Below are positions 28,396 through 46,346 of a DNA stretch of 64,000 nucleotides, piece after piece. The DNA lies in NCBI GenBank assembly GCA_964016885.1, contig OZ024747.1:47306001-47370000 (forward strand), read 5' to 3'. The first letter of the stretch is position 1. The number at the start of each line of letters is the position of its first letter. The DNA is from Eledone cirrhosa (lineage: Eukaryota). The notes under the pieces are model-generated. The model searched no databases. It worked only from the letters and a program-made list of their open reading frames with translations, and had not been told where the DNA came from. The position numbers and the translations under genes were made by a program.

Positions 28396-28612
28396 GGCGG
28401 TGGATTAGCAGTATCGGTAGAGGGTCGGACGCTATGCTTTGCAGCATAGAGTTACGGTCCTTTATGATCTGAGTTAAAATCCCGCCGAGGTTAACTTTGC
28501 CTTTCATCCTTACGGGGTCGATAAAATAAAGTACCAGTCACGCACTGGGGTCGATTTTATCGACTTTCCCCTCCTCCAAAAAATTGCTGGCCTTGTGCCT
28601 ATATAAGAAACC
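28396..28612 (+). mobile_element. SINE S1 (long variant) with 17-bp TSD
   Basis: TSD ATTATAATTCACTATGT at 28376-28392 and 28613-28629. Confidence 0.9.
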
Positions 28613-29002
28613 ATTATAATTCACTATGTAATTAGAAAAATATCAAAAAACGTGGTAAATTATAAAGACATAATATGCTTTTTAAATCTAACTACTTGAT
28701 CTACGCAAACTGCTTTGATATTGTATTTATTCTTGAAACCTTTTAAAGTTGATAAACTTTATTTTATTCTTTATAATTTCCTGATGATATGTGTGTTATA
28801 GGTAATATGTATGGTTTAGTTAATTGTTAACTAATAATTTCTAGTTATTCTACAAATACATGTACCGGTATGACCGTATTGAAACGGACGTAGAAATAAA
28901 GGAATGAATATAAGTGGTTAACCTTGATTTTTTTTTTTTTTTGTAATATTGAATATATTAAATATATTGAATATGTAGATCGGTGTGCGTGTGCGTGTAT
29001 GA

Positions 29003-29340
29003 AGGCGCATGGCTTAGTGGTTAGAACTTTGGACTTACAATAGTGTAGTTGTGAGTTTAATTCCCTGGCAGGGTTGTGTGATGTGTCCTTGAGCAAGACA
29101 CTTTATTTCACGTTGCTCCATATTTCACGTTGTAGAAATGAGTTGCGATGTCAGCTGTTCCAAGCTATATCGACCTTAGCTTGTCTTTTGGACGACAATG
29201 GTAACGTGAGGGGGGGGGCGCTTGTTATGCATAGGCAACTGCTGGTCTACCTCAAACAACTTTGCCCGGGCCTGTGCCTCGGAGGGGAACTTTCCAGGTG
29301 TAGATTCCATGGTTTTTCGTCGCCGAATGAAGTTTTTTAC
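29003..29340 (+). mobile_element. tRNA-derived SINE (family S2)
   Basis: A-box TGGCTTAGTGG, B-box-like GAGTTTAATTCC and core GTGTCCTTGAGCAAGACACTT. Confidence 0.75.
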
Positions 29341-29460
29341 CCTGTGTGTGTGTGTGCGCGCGCGCATGTGTGTGTGTGCTTGTGTATATAGTTATGTACA
29401 TACGTGTGTATGTATGTGTGCATGTATCTTATAAATGATTTGTATTATGTCGTTAAGTAT

Positions 29461-29655
29461 GGTGGTAGATTGGCAGTATCGGTAGAGAGTCGGACGCCAT
29501 GCTTTTCTTTCCAGCATAGTTACGTCCCTTTACGGTCTGAGTTCAAATCCCGCCGAGGTCAACTTTGCCTTTCATCGTTACGGGGGTCAATAAAATAAAG
29601 TACCAGTAATATACTGGGTAATTGCTGGCCTTGTGCCAAAAGTAGAAACAATTAT
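29461..29655 (+). mobile_element. SINE S1 with TSD
   Basis: Flanking ATTAT(G/T)TCGTTAAGTATG at 29444-29461 and 29651-29668. Confidence 0.88.
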
Positions 29656-30004
29656 TTCGTTAAGTATGAAATTTGTAGATTTGTGTAGAAGAAAAACAAA
29701 AGTTCTACAAATTTCATACTTGACGACCCAATATTTTCTTTGCTTGGTATTTTGTATATGCATCTGTGAAGATATCTATTTTCATTGTTCTCTTTTATTT
29801 TGTTGTTTTCTTTTGTTGCTATTATTGATCTCTACTGTGTTGTTATTGTTTTCTTTTGTTGCTATTATTGATCTCTACCGTGTTGTTATTTCTCTAGGTT
29901 TACTGGGTTTCGGCATTTTCTCTATTCTGTCTTTAAAATACATATTTCGCTACTAAAACACTTTCTATACTCATTAATCACATACTCACTATGTTTACTG
30001 TCAA

Positions 30005-30046
<42 letters not shown>

Positions 30047-30676
30047 TGTGTGTGTGTGTGTGTGTGCGTGCGTGTGTGTGTGTGTGAGTGTGTGTGTGAG
30101 AGAGAGTGTGTCTGCGTGTGTGTGCGTTTGTGTATGCGTGTGTGCGTGTGTGTGTGTGTGTGAGAGAGAGAGAGTGTGTGTGTGTGTGCGCGTGTGTGTG
30201 TGTGTGCGTGTGTGTGTGTGCGCGCGTGTGTGTGTGTGAGAGAGAGTGTGTCTGCGTGTGTGTGCGTGTGTGTGCGTTTGTGTATGTGTGTGTACGTGCG
30301 TGTGTCTGTGCGCGCGCGTGTGTGTGTGCGTGTGTGTGTTTGTGTGTGTGAGAGAGTGTGTGTGTGTGTGAGGGCACGTGTGTATGTGGGTGTTCTTGTG
30401 TGTATGTGAGTAGAATATTTTTTGGGTGCGCTTTCAAGTAGAGTAACATTCTGCATATGGCGGCGAATGTAACTGTGTGTTATGAATGGTGTATGTTCTG
30501 TGAGTGTTTACATGTCAGTGTACACAGGCGTGGTTTTGTGTGCTTCGTCAAATATTTATGTTATCACTTTAAGTATGTAATACTGCCAACATTTTGACAA
30601 TGTATAAATCATGTTAATAAACACCACCCACGCATACGTGCATATTTATGTATGTATATATGTATGTGTATATACG

Positions 30677-30741
<65 letters not shown>

Positions 30742-30743
<2 letters not shown>

Positions 30744-30930
30744 CGAAGGAAATGTGGTAAAGAACCAGGTGGACCATAACGCACCAAAGTACTCAATACT
30801 TAGGGTAGTAGAGTGGGTAATAGGAACGAGTAAGACCCCGACGGCTGAGCTCAAGCCATTTCGACGGCTAATTCTGTCCAGAATTAGCCGTCGAAACGGC
30901 TTGAGCTCAGCCATCGGGGTCTTACTCGTT

Positions 30931-30935
<5 letters not shown>
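30742..30935. mobile_element. P2 hairpin element in (TA)n
   Basis: Third copy of 4164-4356 with its own loop junction. Confidence 0.85.
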
Positions 30936-30981
<46 letters not shown>

Positions 30982-30982
30982 C

Positions 30983-31014
<32 letters not shown>

Positions 31015-31083
31015 TGTATGTTATATATATATATATATGTATATATACATCTCTATCCACACACGCACAGACACTCCGACCGA

Positions 31084-31114
<31 letters not shown>

Positions 31115-31497
31115 ACGCACACACCTCTTACTGAACATGCAACCCCGTTCTTCCCCCAACCCTTACTTTCACATACACACACACACACGCAAACCTACAC
31201 ACACACACCACCTTCAGCCCTCCCCGCTCAGACACCCCGTCTCGCTCTCCCCACTCCACCCGCCACCACCCCTACACACCCCACACCCTTCCACCACCTG
31301 ATTACCCCCCTTTTAATTTCAGTTTATTTTGATCATGCCTTTATTTTTAAATTTACCTCATTCCTTGTATTTTGATCATGCTTTATTTTTATTTTTATCT
31401 TTATCTTTTATTTTTTCATTCGCACCGTTTCCTTTCGCTATGTCTCTCCACCACTCCCCTACACACCCTTTGAACTCTGTTCCCACACACTTCCCAC

Positions 31498-31528
31498 CTG
31501 AGGAAGGGCTTATGCCCGAAACGTCGTC
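31498..31528 (+). ncRNA. Hammerhead-core-like motif in a probable PLE 3' end (~31100-31618)
   Basis: CTGAGGA-A-GGGC ttat GCCC-GAAA-CGTCG-TC. No local stem I pairing seen. Confidence 0.45.
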
Positions 31529-31615
31529 CCCCACCAACACCCCACTCTCCAGAGCGTGAAATTAATAAACATTCGTTGTACTGCCTCTCTGTTTTGTCCC
31601 TGTTCAAATTTTTCC

Positions 31616-31677
<62 letters not shown>

Positions 31678-31678
<1 letters not shown>

Positions 31679-32231
31679 CCCTGTAATTAAATGAGCTCAA
31701 AGGAAATAGTTATCCTGGCCACTTTAAAATACAATATATAGAGGGGAAAGACACAGGAGAGTGTGTTTTTCTTTACAGGAATTTCGAACCACCAGCGTGA
31801 GAAGAATATAAGCTATTAGAGGCATTGGTAAAACATTAAAATTAAAATTAAATTGAATAGTATAGGCTGCCATCTCTAGCAGCTTGTCCTGTTCATGCCA
31901 CCGGTTACTGCCTCGAGCACGTATTTCCCTTATGTCTACACGTGCGAAGGGTGGTGTATTTTAGTTCTCTCTCAGGTAGTGCGGACAATAATGGCCTTCC
32001 ACATGCTGATAACCCACAGGGCCGTATTGGAACCCACTAAAATGGCGAAACATTCTCCTGGTGAGTGTGTACATGTGTGACTTAGGTGAGGATGGTTTTT
32101 CATTTCAATTTATACTTTTAATTTTAATGTTTTACCAATGCCTCTAGTAGCTGATATTCTCTTCACGCTGGTGGTTCGAAATTCCTGTAAAGAAAAACAC
32201 ACTCTCCTCTGTCTTTCCTCGCTATATATTG

Positions 32232-32236
<5 letters not shown>
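31678..32236. mobile_element. P5 inverted end pair in (TA)n
   Basis: ~50-bp tail, imperfect inverted arms ~31727-31858 and ~32103-32236, and a 245-bp spacer. Confidence 0.7.
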
Positions 32237-32287
<51 letters not shown>

Positions 32288-32291
<4 letters not shown>

Positions 32292-33375
32292 CGTTTCTGA
32301 ATTTGTTTAGCAAGATTCTTTATCTGAAATCGTGTGTTGAAACCGATATTGTTATACTTTGGGAGGGTCATGTTGCCAATAAGAAACACACGCACCAGTT
32401 GCTTTCACTTCAATTTATTATATATTTATAAATTTATAAATTTACAAATCTACAAACTTATAAATTTCTGGTTGGTTGGTTCCACAACCAGATAGTTGTT
32501 TATATATAGTCATAGTCCTTTCGTCACACACTCTGTGACCTCTTCAGTGACTGGGGATTCCTTTCTTTGTTTCTGTGCCTTTCCTTTCTTCTATCCTACG
32601 CCATTTTGTTTCTCGCAAAAGAGAAACAAAATGGCGTAGGATAGAAGAAAGGAAAGGCACAGAAACAAAGAAAGGAATCCCCAGTCACTGAAGAGGTCAC
32701 AGAGTGTGTGACGAAAGGACTATGACTATATATAAACAACTATCTGGTTGTGGAACCAACCAACCAACCAGAAATTTATAAGTTTGTAGATTTGTAAATT
32801 TATAAATTTATAAATATATAATAAATTGAAGTGAAAGCAACTGGTGCGTGTGTTTCTTATTGGCAACATGGCCCTCCCAAAGTATAACAAAAGAGAAACA
32901 ATTAAAAAAAAAAAAGATTTATAAATTTCCGGTTGGTTGGTTGGTTGGTTTCACAACCGGACGGTTGTTCATATATTGTCAAAGTTCTTTCGTCACACAT
33001 TATGTGACCTCTTCAGTGACCGGGGATTCTTTTCTTTGTTTTGTGCCTCTCCTTTGTTCTGTCCTACACCATCTTGTTAATGTGTGTGTTGTGTGCTTAG
33101 TTTGCGCATGTGTTACATCCGGGTGTCTGTGTGTGTTTTTATTTGTTTATTTATTTGTTTATTTACATGTTGCTGGTTGGTTGTTTGTTCTATGTGTGTG
33201 TGTTTTTTATTTTGTCCTTAATTGTAAGTTGTGATGTTGCTGTTCCACTAATGTTTTCTATTTAATTTTGGTTGGAGTTTATATATGTTTATTGCCTCTG
33301 TGATTTGTCTAAACATTGCGTCTTTTCTGTGTGTAGATTTTATTTTTATTTCTATGTTCTCTAATTTGCCCTATA
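32288..33375. mobile_element. P6 PLE cluster: palindromic end pair plus a further minus-strand copy
   Basis: 32288-32614 (-) and 32621-32890 (+) form a ~270-bp near-perfect inverted repeat. 32915-33375 is the reverse complement of ~11530-11985. Confidence 0.85.
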
Positions 33376-34065
33376 TATATATATTAGTAGACAAAGTACA
33401 TATATATTTCATATAGAAATGACTTCTATACGACTAGAACTAAACAAAAAATTCAATTACCCAATTATCCACTAATAACAGAGAAAAAAAAACCTTCATA
33501 TTCAAGATCTTTGAACGGGATCTTAGTCCTTGTGGTATCAGTGGCATGATAAAATATGCATATTCATTTTTTTCTTTACTGATCCCTAACCAACAACAAA
33601 ATATAACAAACCTAAACTGTGGTAGGAAGCGAAGGAATCTCTACTCGAGTCTGAACTGAATCTCCCGCCACAGATATTTACCTGTTTTACGTCTGGCCAA
33701 AGGATATTGCTAGTCCCACACACACAATCATAGCACTCATGAACATCCATGTTCAAGAGATACGGCTTCCTGACGAAAGAGCGAGCAAAAGACCCGCGAA
33801 TTTCTGATGTTACGTCACTGGCCTCTAGCTTCTGGTAAAACCTCCCCGGCACTTTCGGCACCCTAGCCCCACATAAACTAACCAAAAGCACACCATACAA
33901 AATATAATTACCCAATTAAATAAAAATAAAATTAAACCCACCCTCTATAGTAATAACATTGAACCCTCCTGTACAGGTACACTCACACCTATATGGCTAC
34001 ATAACTGATAAAGATTTAAATATAAACATTGAATATCTGTGTAGAAATTGTTTACATTGAATAAA

Positions 34066-34370
34066 CTACGTGTTTTAATTGCTATGGTATTTGACTCTCA
34101 ATCGTAAGTTTGCGAGTTCGGTTCCTGGACTGGTCGACTTGCTGTATACTTGAGCAATACAATATATTTCATGTTGCCCTAGTTCAATAGCTGGAGAATA
34201 TGTGCTGACGTCACTGCGTTTTTCCTTGGACAACATCGGTAACATGAAATAGCGTATACAGACAATGGTTTGTTTTCCACAAAAGCACTTTGCACTGACT
34301 TGGATCCCCAGAGAAGAATTTATAGGGGGAAATCCATGGTCGGTTATGAATCTTCACTAAAGTTGAAGGA
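34066..34370 (+). mobile_element. Degenerate SINE (S2-like)
   Basis: GAGTTCGGTTCC B-box-like and CTTGAGCAATACA core, similar to 29003-29340. Confidence 0.5.
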
Positions 34371-34666
34371 GGACATAGTATCGCTAAAATACCAGGCAGT
34401 TTTTATGTTAGTCATCGATGAAACCTGCTACCATTTACAAAACACAGTTCGTAGTAGATTCTTCCCCCGAAGATATATAAAAACGACTATGGCTTCCATC
34501 ACACTTACACCATTTGTCTTTGAGAGCAACCTCATTACGCTGAATTAGGTTTCTAATATTGATGTTTAACAAAGCAAGACGACGTTCACCATTTATGTTA
34601 TTTTCATTCTTCTGCATCGTTATACATATTTACAAACGCGGACACACACACATAAATACATAAGTG

Positions 34667-34725
<59 letters not shown>

Positions 34726-34797
34726 ATATATATATATATATGCATCTATATGTATATATACATATAGATAGATAGATACACACACACATATATATAT

Positions 34798-34799
34798 AG

Positions 34800-34860
<61 letters not shown>

Positions 34861-34862
34861 TA
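34798..34862. repeat. (GATA)n microsatellite without a LINE insertion
   Basis: Direct reading. Confidence 0.9.
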
Positions 34863-34945
34863 CAGATATATATATATATATATATTAATTTTAGTCTTCA
34901 AATTTATTATTATTACTATATATATATATATATATATTCATATAT

Positions 34946-35016
<71 letters not shown>

Positions 35017-35674
35017 TGTGTATGTGTGTATGTGTGTAGTGCACTTAGCTGGTTACGAAGTGGTAAAAAAACAGGACACACGTGTCAGCTTACGATCTTG
35101 TGTGATTATGTGACTGTCAAAATGTAAGTATTAACTTTTAGATAATGTTATTTGCAACACCAAACCAAAGAAGTAGAGTAAATGGCTGTTCAAATGTACT
35201 TTTAAACATTTCATATTGACCATATTACTGTGCTAAACATTTTAAAGTCTGGAGGCTTTTCCACTAATAATGAAATCTCACTAGGAGGTAGATTTACTCG
35301 ATTCCTTGATGGCGGTCAGATGAACACAATAGCTTCCCTACCTGAACAAGGGGAAAAGTTAGAGACCGCCTGTCTAAAACGAAAGCACCAGTATTAGTAT
35401 GAAGTGAAAAGTATCTGAGAAGAGAGAAATATTTTAGAGTAGTGAAGAAAAGTGAAGAAAAAAATGTTGGGGAAAAGAAATAAAGATAAACGAAGAGAGG
35501 TAAATAATGATGTATATATATATATAATCATACATATATACATACATATACATATATATATAATATATTTATATACACACACACATATATACACCCTTGC
35601 GAGCAGGGAAAAGCGGACGTAAAATGATGATGATGATGATGATGATGATGATATATATATATATATATAACGAA

Positions 35675-35711
<37 letters not shown>

Positions 35712-35834
35712 AGGAGGTGAGTTTTATTGTAGCGCAATAAAGCAATGCAAATATCGGATAAGTACCACTCTACAGTTTGTAGGACTGGAGTATAAATAAT
35801 ATAAGATCAAAAGATGGTTAAAAGAGTTCCAAGT

Positions 35835-35903
35835 ATTTTATTATGCGCATTTCAAAAACAAATATCTTCATGGGATGACATCTGTGTTCTCATCAGATAA
35901 AAT
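35835..35903 (-). ncRNA. Type I hammerhead ribozyme (P3)
   Basis: Reverse-complement homologue of 12321-12389 with the core intact. Confidence 0.78.
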
Positions 35904-37036
35904 AGGGAGACATGATATGAAGCTTAAAAACACTTGTGAACAACATATGAAAAATAAATTAAGATTGATGTATGAGATTGGGAAAAAAGTGAGGTGGGGT
36001 GGAAATGGTAAGGAAGAGGAAGGGATGAGAGCAAAGAATTGTGGGGGAGGAGTATAAGAAGGAAGGGTGAGAGAGGAGGAGAGATGGGTGATAGAGAGAG
36101 AGAGATAGCCTTTACAACTGAGAAAAAATATATATTGTCTCACAGAGAGAAATTAAAAAGCCATTGGAAGATAATAGATAGTTTAAAAGATTTTGAAATT
36201 AAAAGTTAATGAGGTTTATGCATGAAGAAAAAGGAATTAAGAATAGTATTAAATTAAGGTTTGTATATTGAAGGGTTTAATAATATGTGCGAGGAAAAGG
36301 ATTTATTAATATGTATTATTAAAATAAAAATATTAATGTTATTAAGGATATAATGTGAAAAGAAGGAGAAGAATGAATGAGTTATGAATTTAGAGGAATT
36401 GGTTAGGGTTTAAGTTTGTTTGTATGCAATGTAATATGTGTACGTAAATAGTTTGTTTAAAAATGAGCGCGGAAGGAAAAGAAGAAAAGAATGTTTAAGG
36501 AAGAAAATATCTAACATCAAAGAGTATATATGTTTACGAAATATTTTCTAATGGTAATAATATAATATATTAAAAGAAATTAGTTAGGGTTTAAGTTTGT
36601 TTTTATGTATTGTAATATTTAAAAGTCAAACGAGCATGAAAGGATGGAGGAGATAAGAAAAATTTAAGGAAGAAAAAAATCTAACGTCAAAAAATTATAT
36701 GTTTACGAAGGACTTCTAATGGTAATACTATAATGTATTAAAAAAATAATTTTTATGGCCAATGATATGAGGAAAGATGGAAGAATGGATAATGTTGTGG
36801 TGAGTAATAATAAGAATTGAGAAGTAGTTAGGAAGAAAAAGTACAGATTAGAGGTTAGAAATTAAAAAGAAAAAAGGAAGAAAGGAAAATGATAAAGAGG
36901 AATGATATAGAATGAGTAAATTGTATTATATAATATATAATAAATAATATTGAAATAAGGTAGAAAGATGGGTATATTTGTAAAAGATATATAAGCCTTT
37001 GAGAAAAAGGATTCTAAACTAGTAAGCTATTAGATA

Positions 37037-37498
37037 TTAGCTGTATACTTTATGGAATGTTCTGTGGAATTTATGCAAGCAGAGAGAAAATAAATCCGTG
37101 CGTCTATTTATTATAGAATCGAAGTTAGATATAATGGTAAATTTCTCGGCTAGGCGGAGATTACATGTTCTGGATAGGGTAGAATTCAAGTAGGGAAAGG
37201 CAGAACAAACCTTCCTCCAAGAGATGTTATAGTTAATATTTTTGTCTTTCAAGGACCATATGAGTTCTGAGAGTGTCGTGTTAGTTCTTTTAAGTTGATA
37301 TCTAAAAGACGAATTGTGATTATAAAATCTAGCTTTGAAGGAGGTGGAGGTGGAACCGAAATAGGTAAAGGAATTGGTTTCAGTTATAACCTTACATTCA
37401 TAGACTAAGTTTATATCAAGACAATGGTTATTAAGAGGACATTTAGTTCTAACAGGGCAATTACAGTTACGATTAGAGAAATTAACAGTTATTAACAA
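37037..37498 (-). pseudogene. PLE C-terminal GIY-YIG endonuclease (partial)
   Basis: CNC..CPLNNHC..LVYEC..TYFGSTSTSFKARFYNH..TTLS..W..CNL.LAEK. Confidence 0.85.
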
Positions 37499-37913
37499 GT
37501 GACCTAGTGTTATTTATAGGAGGAATTGGATTGGAGAAGTTATTTACGATAGGAATAATAGTTTCCTGATTTAGATTGGTATTATGAACATTCAACGAAG
37601 TTACGTTTGACGTCGTATTTAAGTTTACAGAATCTAGCCTAGAGTTAACAATGACGTCGGGGGTACTACTGCTATTATTATGACGCTCAATGTTGGAAGG
37701 ATGTGATTTAATATTTAATATTGTATTGTTGTGTTTAGAGATAATGTTAGAGATGTTGGAAGAGGTGGAATAAGAACATTTTATTGTATGTTTGTTAAAG
37801 ATTTTACTGTAGATATGTGCGGGAGGGAAGCATTTATCTAAGGCCCTAAAGAATAGAATCGACCGTTAAGGTTGATTTCGATGGGTATGTCGTTATTTAT
37901 AAAACAAATTTTG

Positions 37914-37978
37914 TATTTTATCTGATGAAAGCGCACCAAGATTGGCTTGGTCGCCCTTGAAATATATATAATAAAATA
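37914..37978 (+). ncRNA. Type I hammerhead ribozyme (P4-type) in an inverted end piece 37860-38021
   Basis: Same core and stem I as 13013-13078. Stem II variant ACCAAG/CTTGGT. Confidence 0.75.
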
Positions 37979-38019
37979 AATATGGTTTTATAAATATAGT
38001 TTCCATTTATTAATATCTT

Positions 38020-38099
<80 letters not shown>

Positions 38100-38111
38100 T
38101 ATATACACGCG

Positions 38112-38156
<45 letters not shown>

Positions 38157-38701
38157 ACATTGAATTCCTCGTATATATTTCGTCACGTGACATTGATCTG
38201 GTGAAACTTATAAAGAAAATTCGTTTAAAAAAAGGTTACTCACATGACCGGATAATCGTGTGTAGGAGAGTAATTTAGACGATCTAGATTAGGGGCCCCC
38301 AACCTTCTTTATGTCACCGTCCATTTTCACATGGAAAAAAATGTCTACTGCTCATCTGTATTGTAAATATTCAATAACATACCAAAAATGCTTGGTAAAA
38401 TTTGTTACTAGTTCGTTGCTGACTTTTTATGATGTTGTAAAACATACCAAAGGGAGGTAACAAATAACGCCGACCTATGTAGCTGCTGCTGCCACTACCG
38501 TATTAAAGAATAATTGAAAGCAAACGTGACTATTTAAAACTGTATTTTATTAAATTCAATGTTAAATTTATTTGCAAGTGATGGCGTAAAAAAAAATAAG
38601 ACATTTTTGTTCTTAAATAACTAATAAAAATTCTAGGATTATATTGTTTTATGCCTGATACTTTTTCAGTGCTCTTTTACTTTCGCACCTGCAAAAAATA
38701 T

Positions 38702-38880
38702 AATTGTTTCTACTTTTGGCACAAGGCCAGCAATTATCCCAGTGCATTACTGGTAATTTATTTTATCGACCCCGTAAGGATGAAAGGCAAAGTTAACCTC
38801 GGCGAGATTTGAACTCAGATCATAAAGGGAGGTAACTCTATGCTTCAAAGCATGGCGCCCGACCCTCTACCGATACTGCT
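38702..38880 (-). mobile_element. SINE S1 nested in the hAT element
   Basis: S1 motifs, with CTGCAAAAAATATAAT duplicated at 38689 and 38879. Confidence 0.88.
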
Positions 38881-38999
38881 GCAAAAAATATAATGATTGT
38901 TGAAATCATTTCCTCGATGTTAAAAACGACGCACAACTTTTGTGCGTCGTTTTAACATCAAGTGAGTCAGTGTGTGCAAAAGTCATGAAACAGAAAACA

Positions 39000-39359
39000 G
39001 AAGTTAAGACGCCTCTGTCTTCGAAAGAACATCTTCAATAGCAGGTCGAAGTAATGTTTCTCCTATAGTGTGGGTCTTACTTGCCTTTGCGACCAGTAAT
39101 CCAATGCTGGTACAGCACAATCATTCCGTTATCTTACTACATAGTACTTTCTGAAATTCCAAGATCAACATTTGTTGTTTTTCGAATGAGATGTTAAGTT
39201 GTAAAAAATATGACAGCATGGAGGCTTCATGGTTTCGTTGCTTAAAGTTTGGTTGCACATAAGACACATAGGTAATAGACAGGTCTGATGAAAAGCGATA
39301 AACCCATAAGATAAATGATCAATGCTTTATTGACGACAAACTTTCTTAAATGGAAACAT
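39000..39359 (-). pseudogene. Charlie-type transposase N-terminus (BED finger), decayed
   Basis: MFPFKKVCRQ*SIDHLSYGF..PMCLMCNQTLSNETMKP and IGLLVAKASKTHTIGETLLRPAIEDVL. Confidence 0.75.
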
Positions 39360-40397
39360 TGAGTAGTTTAAAAATCGTGCAATACACAGAGAAAAGAGTA
39401 GGAACAATAAATAACAGAATATTCGTTCCTCAAGTTATATTGTTACTCGAAGTAATGTTTTAATAATTCACAAATACGAGAACACAAGAGCTTTGCAATT
39501 ACTTAGCGATCAATACAATCCAACAATTTCAATGTGTGTTTATATGAGCATGCACATTGAGCTTGGAACAGATCACACTAGGATTGTCATATTTTGTCTG
39601 CCATTGTTGTTGGTGCCTCTTTGTCTACGGTGTGTCGTCAGAGTTCTTAGAGGTCGTCACCTGTGTCAATTTTATGTGTGATCTCTCAGTGGTGGTGGCG
39701 TTGACCAATTTATCCTGAGGTCACTTCTTAATGTTACTGGCAAAATTTTTCTTGGTCTTCGTTCATATGATTTATATCCGAAAAATACGTTATTTCGTCC
39801 GAAGAAGTATTTGCATATTAATCACTCTTCTCAAAACTATAGAAAATACCAAAATGTTCATTGTTGGCGGTGATATTTATATCTTATCTAGGAATGTGGT
39901 CCGGTATTTCCCATTTAGTCTCCTGTATTTTTATACAGGTTCTTTGCATATCTCCTTTGATATTTTTCGCGTATCATATATTGAAATACATACATAATAC
40001 TCAAAATCATATATCACCCATTAAAATTTCCAAGCGCCACCATTTTCTGTTCAGTTGTTCATCGCCAAGCCAACAGTTGAAATCACCCACCGGTGGGCAA
40101 TATCGCCTAGGTTGGGAAACCCCAATCTAGAGCGTCGTTATAATTAGGAACATTTTTCAAACTTCAGTAAGAATGCATTTAAGGTGGCGCGATTTTACAT
40201 AAAGTTCTTATTTACAAATTGGGTGGAACTTAATAATGATGACATTTATTCGAGAGTTAGTTAAGACGGGGTTACTTCAGAATTATTGCTTTATTGCATG
40301 ATATAAATTTATGTTGCATGGTTATGATATATTTTTGGGATCGCTCGAACTGGCTTATACTCACGAAGTTACAACGTAAAAACCACGTATAAGCAAC

Positions 40398-40445
<48 letters not shown>

Positions 40446-40446
<1 letters not shown>

Positions 40447-41107
40447 CTTAAATGGAATGAGAATAAGAAGAAAGTAAGAACGGGGGGGGTTCCTCATCAG
40501 TTTTATACTGGGGGTCTCGGATATTTCAACGCTTTAAAGACAAGATATCTACCCCCAGAACGTTCAATTACTGGGTAAGTTATTGGGAAAACGCAGGAGG
40601 GAGGGAAGGAAAATAGAAGGGAAAAGGGAAGAAAAAAACAGCGAAAAAAGTAACAACCCGACCAATGTGGCGAGCAACTTAAGGTAACAAAATCCAAGAT
40701 CACAGCCATAACAGAACTTAAGTTCAGGAGCGTGAGGGCGAATGAAAAGACACGTCTGACCCCAGCGAGTGTAAGTGAGAAAAGGACTGCTAGAGGGTCA
40801 GGCGAGGGAAACAAAGAGATAGCTGGCAGAGAGAGGATGAGTGAAAGTGATAGGGAGAAAGGGAGAGGAAGAAAGAGGGGTAAGAGTAGATAGTAACGAA
40901 ATAGGTAGGTAGAAGGAGAGAGAAGACTGGTCACAGCCAAACATGATAAAATATATGGAGAAGAAGATTGGCTGTGTAGTTGCTAGTTAAGGTAGGCTTA
41001 AAATGGAATGAGAATAAGAAGAAAGTAAGACGGGGACGGGAGAGTTTTCCCCATCAGTTGTCTACTGGGCGTCTCGGATATTTCAACGTTTTAAAGACAT
41101 GATATCT
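40446..41107. repeat. Unit with ~105-bp direct terminal repeats between microsatellites
   Basis: 40446-40549 is similar to 40997-41107. Confidence 0.65.
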
Positions 41108-41142
41108 TTTACACACACACACACAGATATTATATATATATA

Positions 41143-45335
<4,193 letters not shown>

Positions 45336-45420
45336 AAAAGGTAAATAGAAATAACAACACAATCGGTACAGTATATAGAAGGAATATATTAGGTTAACGC
45401 TTGAAATAGCAGGAAGAGGG

Positions 45421-45455
45421 CCTGAACGTTTCGGACGCTAGTCCTTCATCAGAAG
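45421..45455 (-). ncRNA. Minimal hammerhead ribozyme
   Basis: Minus strand reads CTT-CTGATGA-A-GGAC tagc GTCC-GAAACGTTC-AGG, with palindromic AACGTT stem III and a UC site. Confidence 0.65.
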
Positions 45456-45537
45456 AAAGAATGAGAAATTAGAAAGATTGAAGGGACGGGCGGGGTGGAA
45501 TAGGAAAGCATATTTTTAGAGAAAATAACAGGTCCAT

Positions 45538-45652
<115 letters not shown>

Positions 45653-45944
45653 CGTGAGACCTTAGAGATGTTCCTAGTATTTTTACAAAGTTCTTCGTAT
45701 TTCATTTCACGCTTACGTATTGATATATTTTTGTTTTTGAATTTTTTTTCACGCGAGTTTGTCACAAAACTATATCATTGTCGTAAGTTACTGTCAAATT
45801 ATTCGTTGTTTGTATTCTATAATTGAATGTGTGCAGAATTGGGGCAATAGAATTGTGTGTGTGTTTCTGTCTGTGTTTTTGTGTATCTCTCTCTCTCTCT
45901 CTCTCTCAATATGTGTGTGTGTGAGTGTGTGTGTGTGTGTGTGC

Positions 45945-46055
<111 letters not shown>

Positions 46056-46291
46056 TGTGGGTGTGCAATCATGTTTGAATTTGAATCAATCTATCTAAGG
46101 TTAATACGTTTGTGGATTTGTATAGAGTTGTATCCATATAGAATGTGTAAGTATGGATACATGTATATATATATGAGCTTATATGTATGTATACATGATT
46201 GCGTAAAGTAATAATTAAATATATATTTGCATATTTATATATAAATATATACATATATATATGTGTGTATGGGTGGGGTGGGGTGGGCTCT

Positions 46292-46346
<55 letters not shown>

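Larger units (their letters stand above)
35710..37850 (-). mobile_element. Penelope-like element (family P3), 5'-truncated
   Basis: GIY-YIG ORF, ~1.3-kb 3' UTR with a hammerhead, ending in (TA)n. Confidence 0.8.
38290..40124 (-). mobile_element. Internally deleted hAT/Charlie(Buster)-type DNA transposon
   Basis: TIRs TAGGGGCCCCCAACC and GGTTGGGAAACCCCA. 8-bp TSD ATCTAGAT/ATCTAGAG, matching the Charlie NTCTAGAN target. Contains a transposase remnant. Confidence 0.8.

Noticed and set aside
33586-33915. 109-aa non-repetitive ORF
   Set aside because: No recognisable domain, and it starts at a non-ATG codon.
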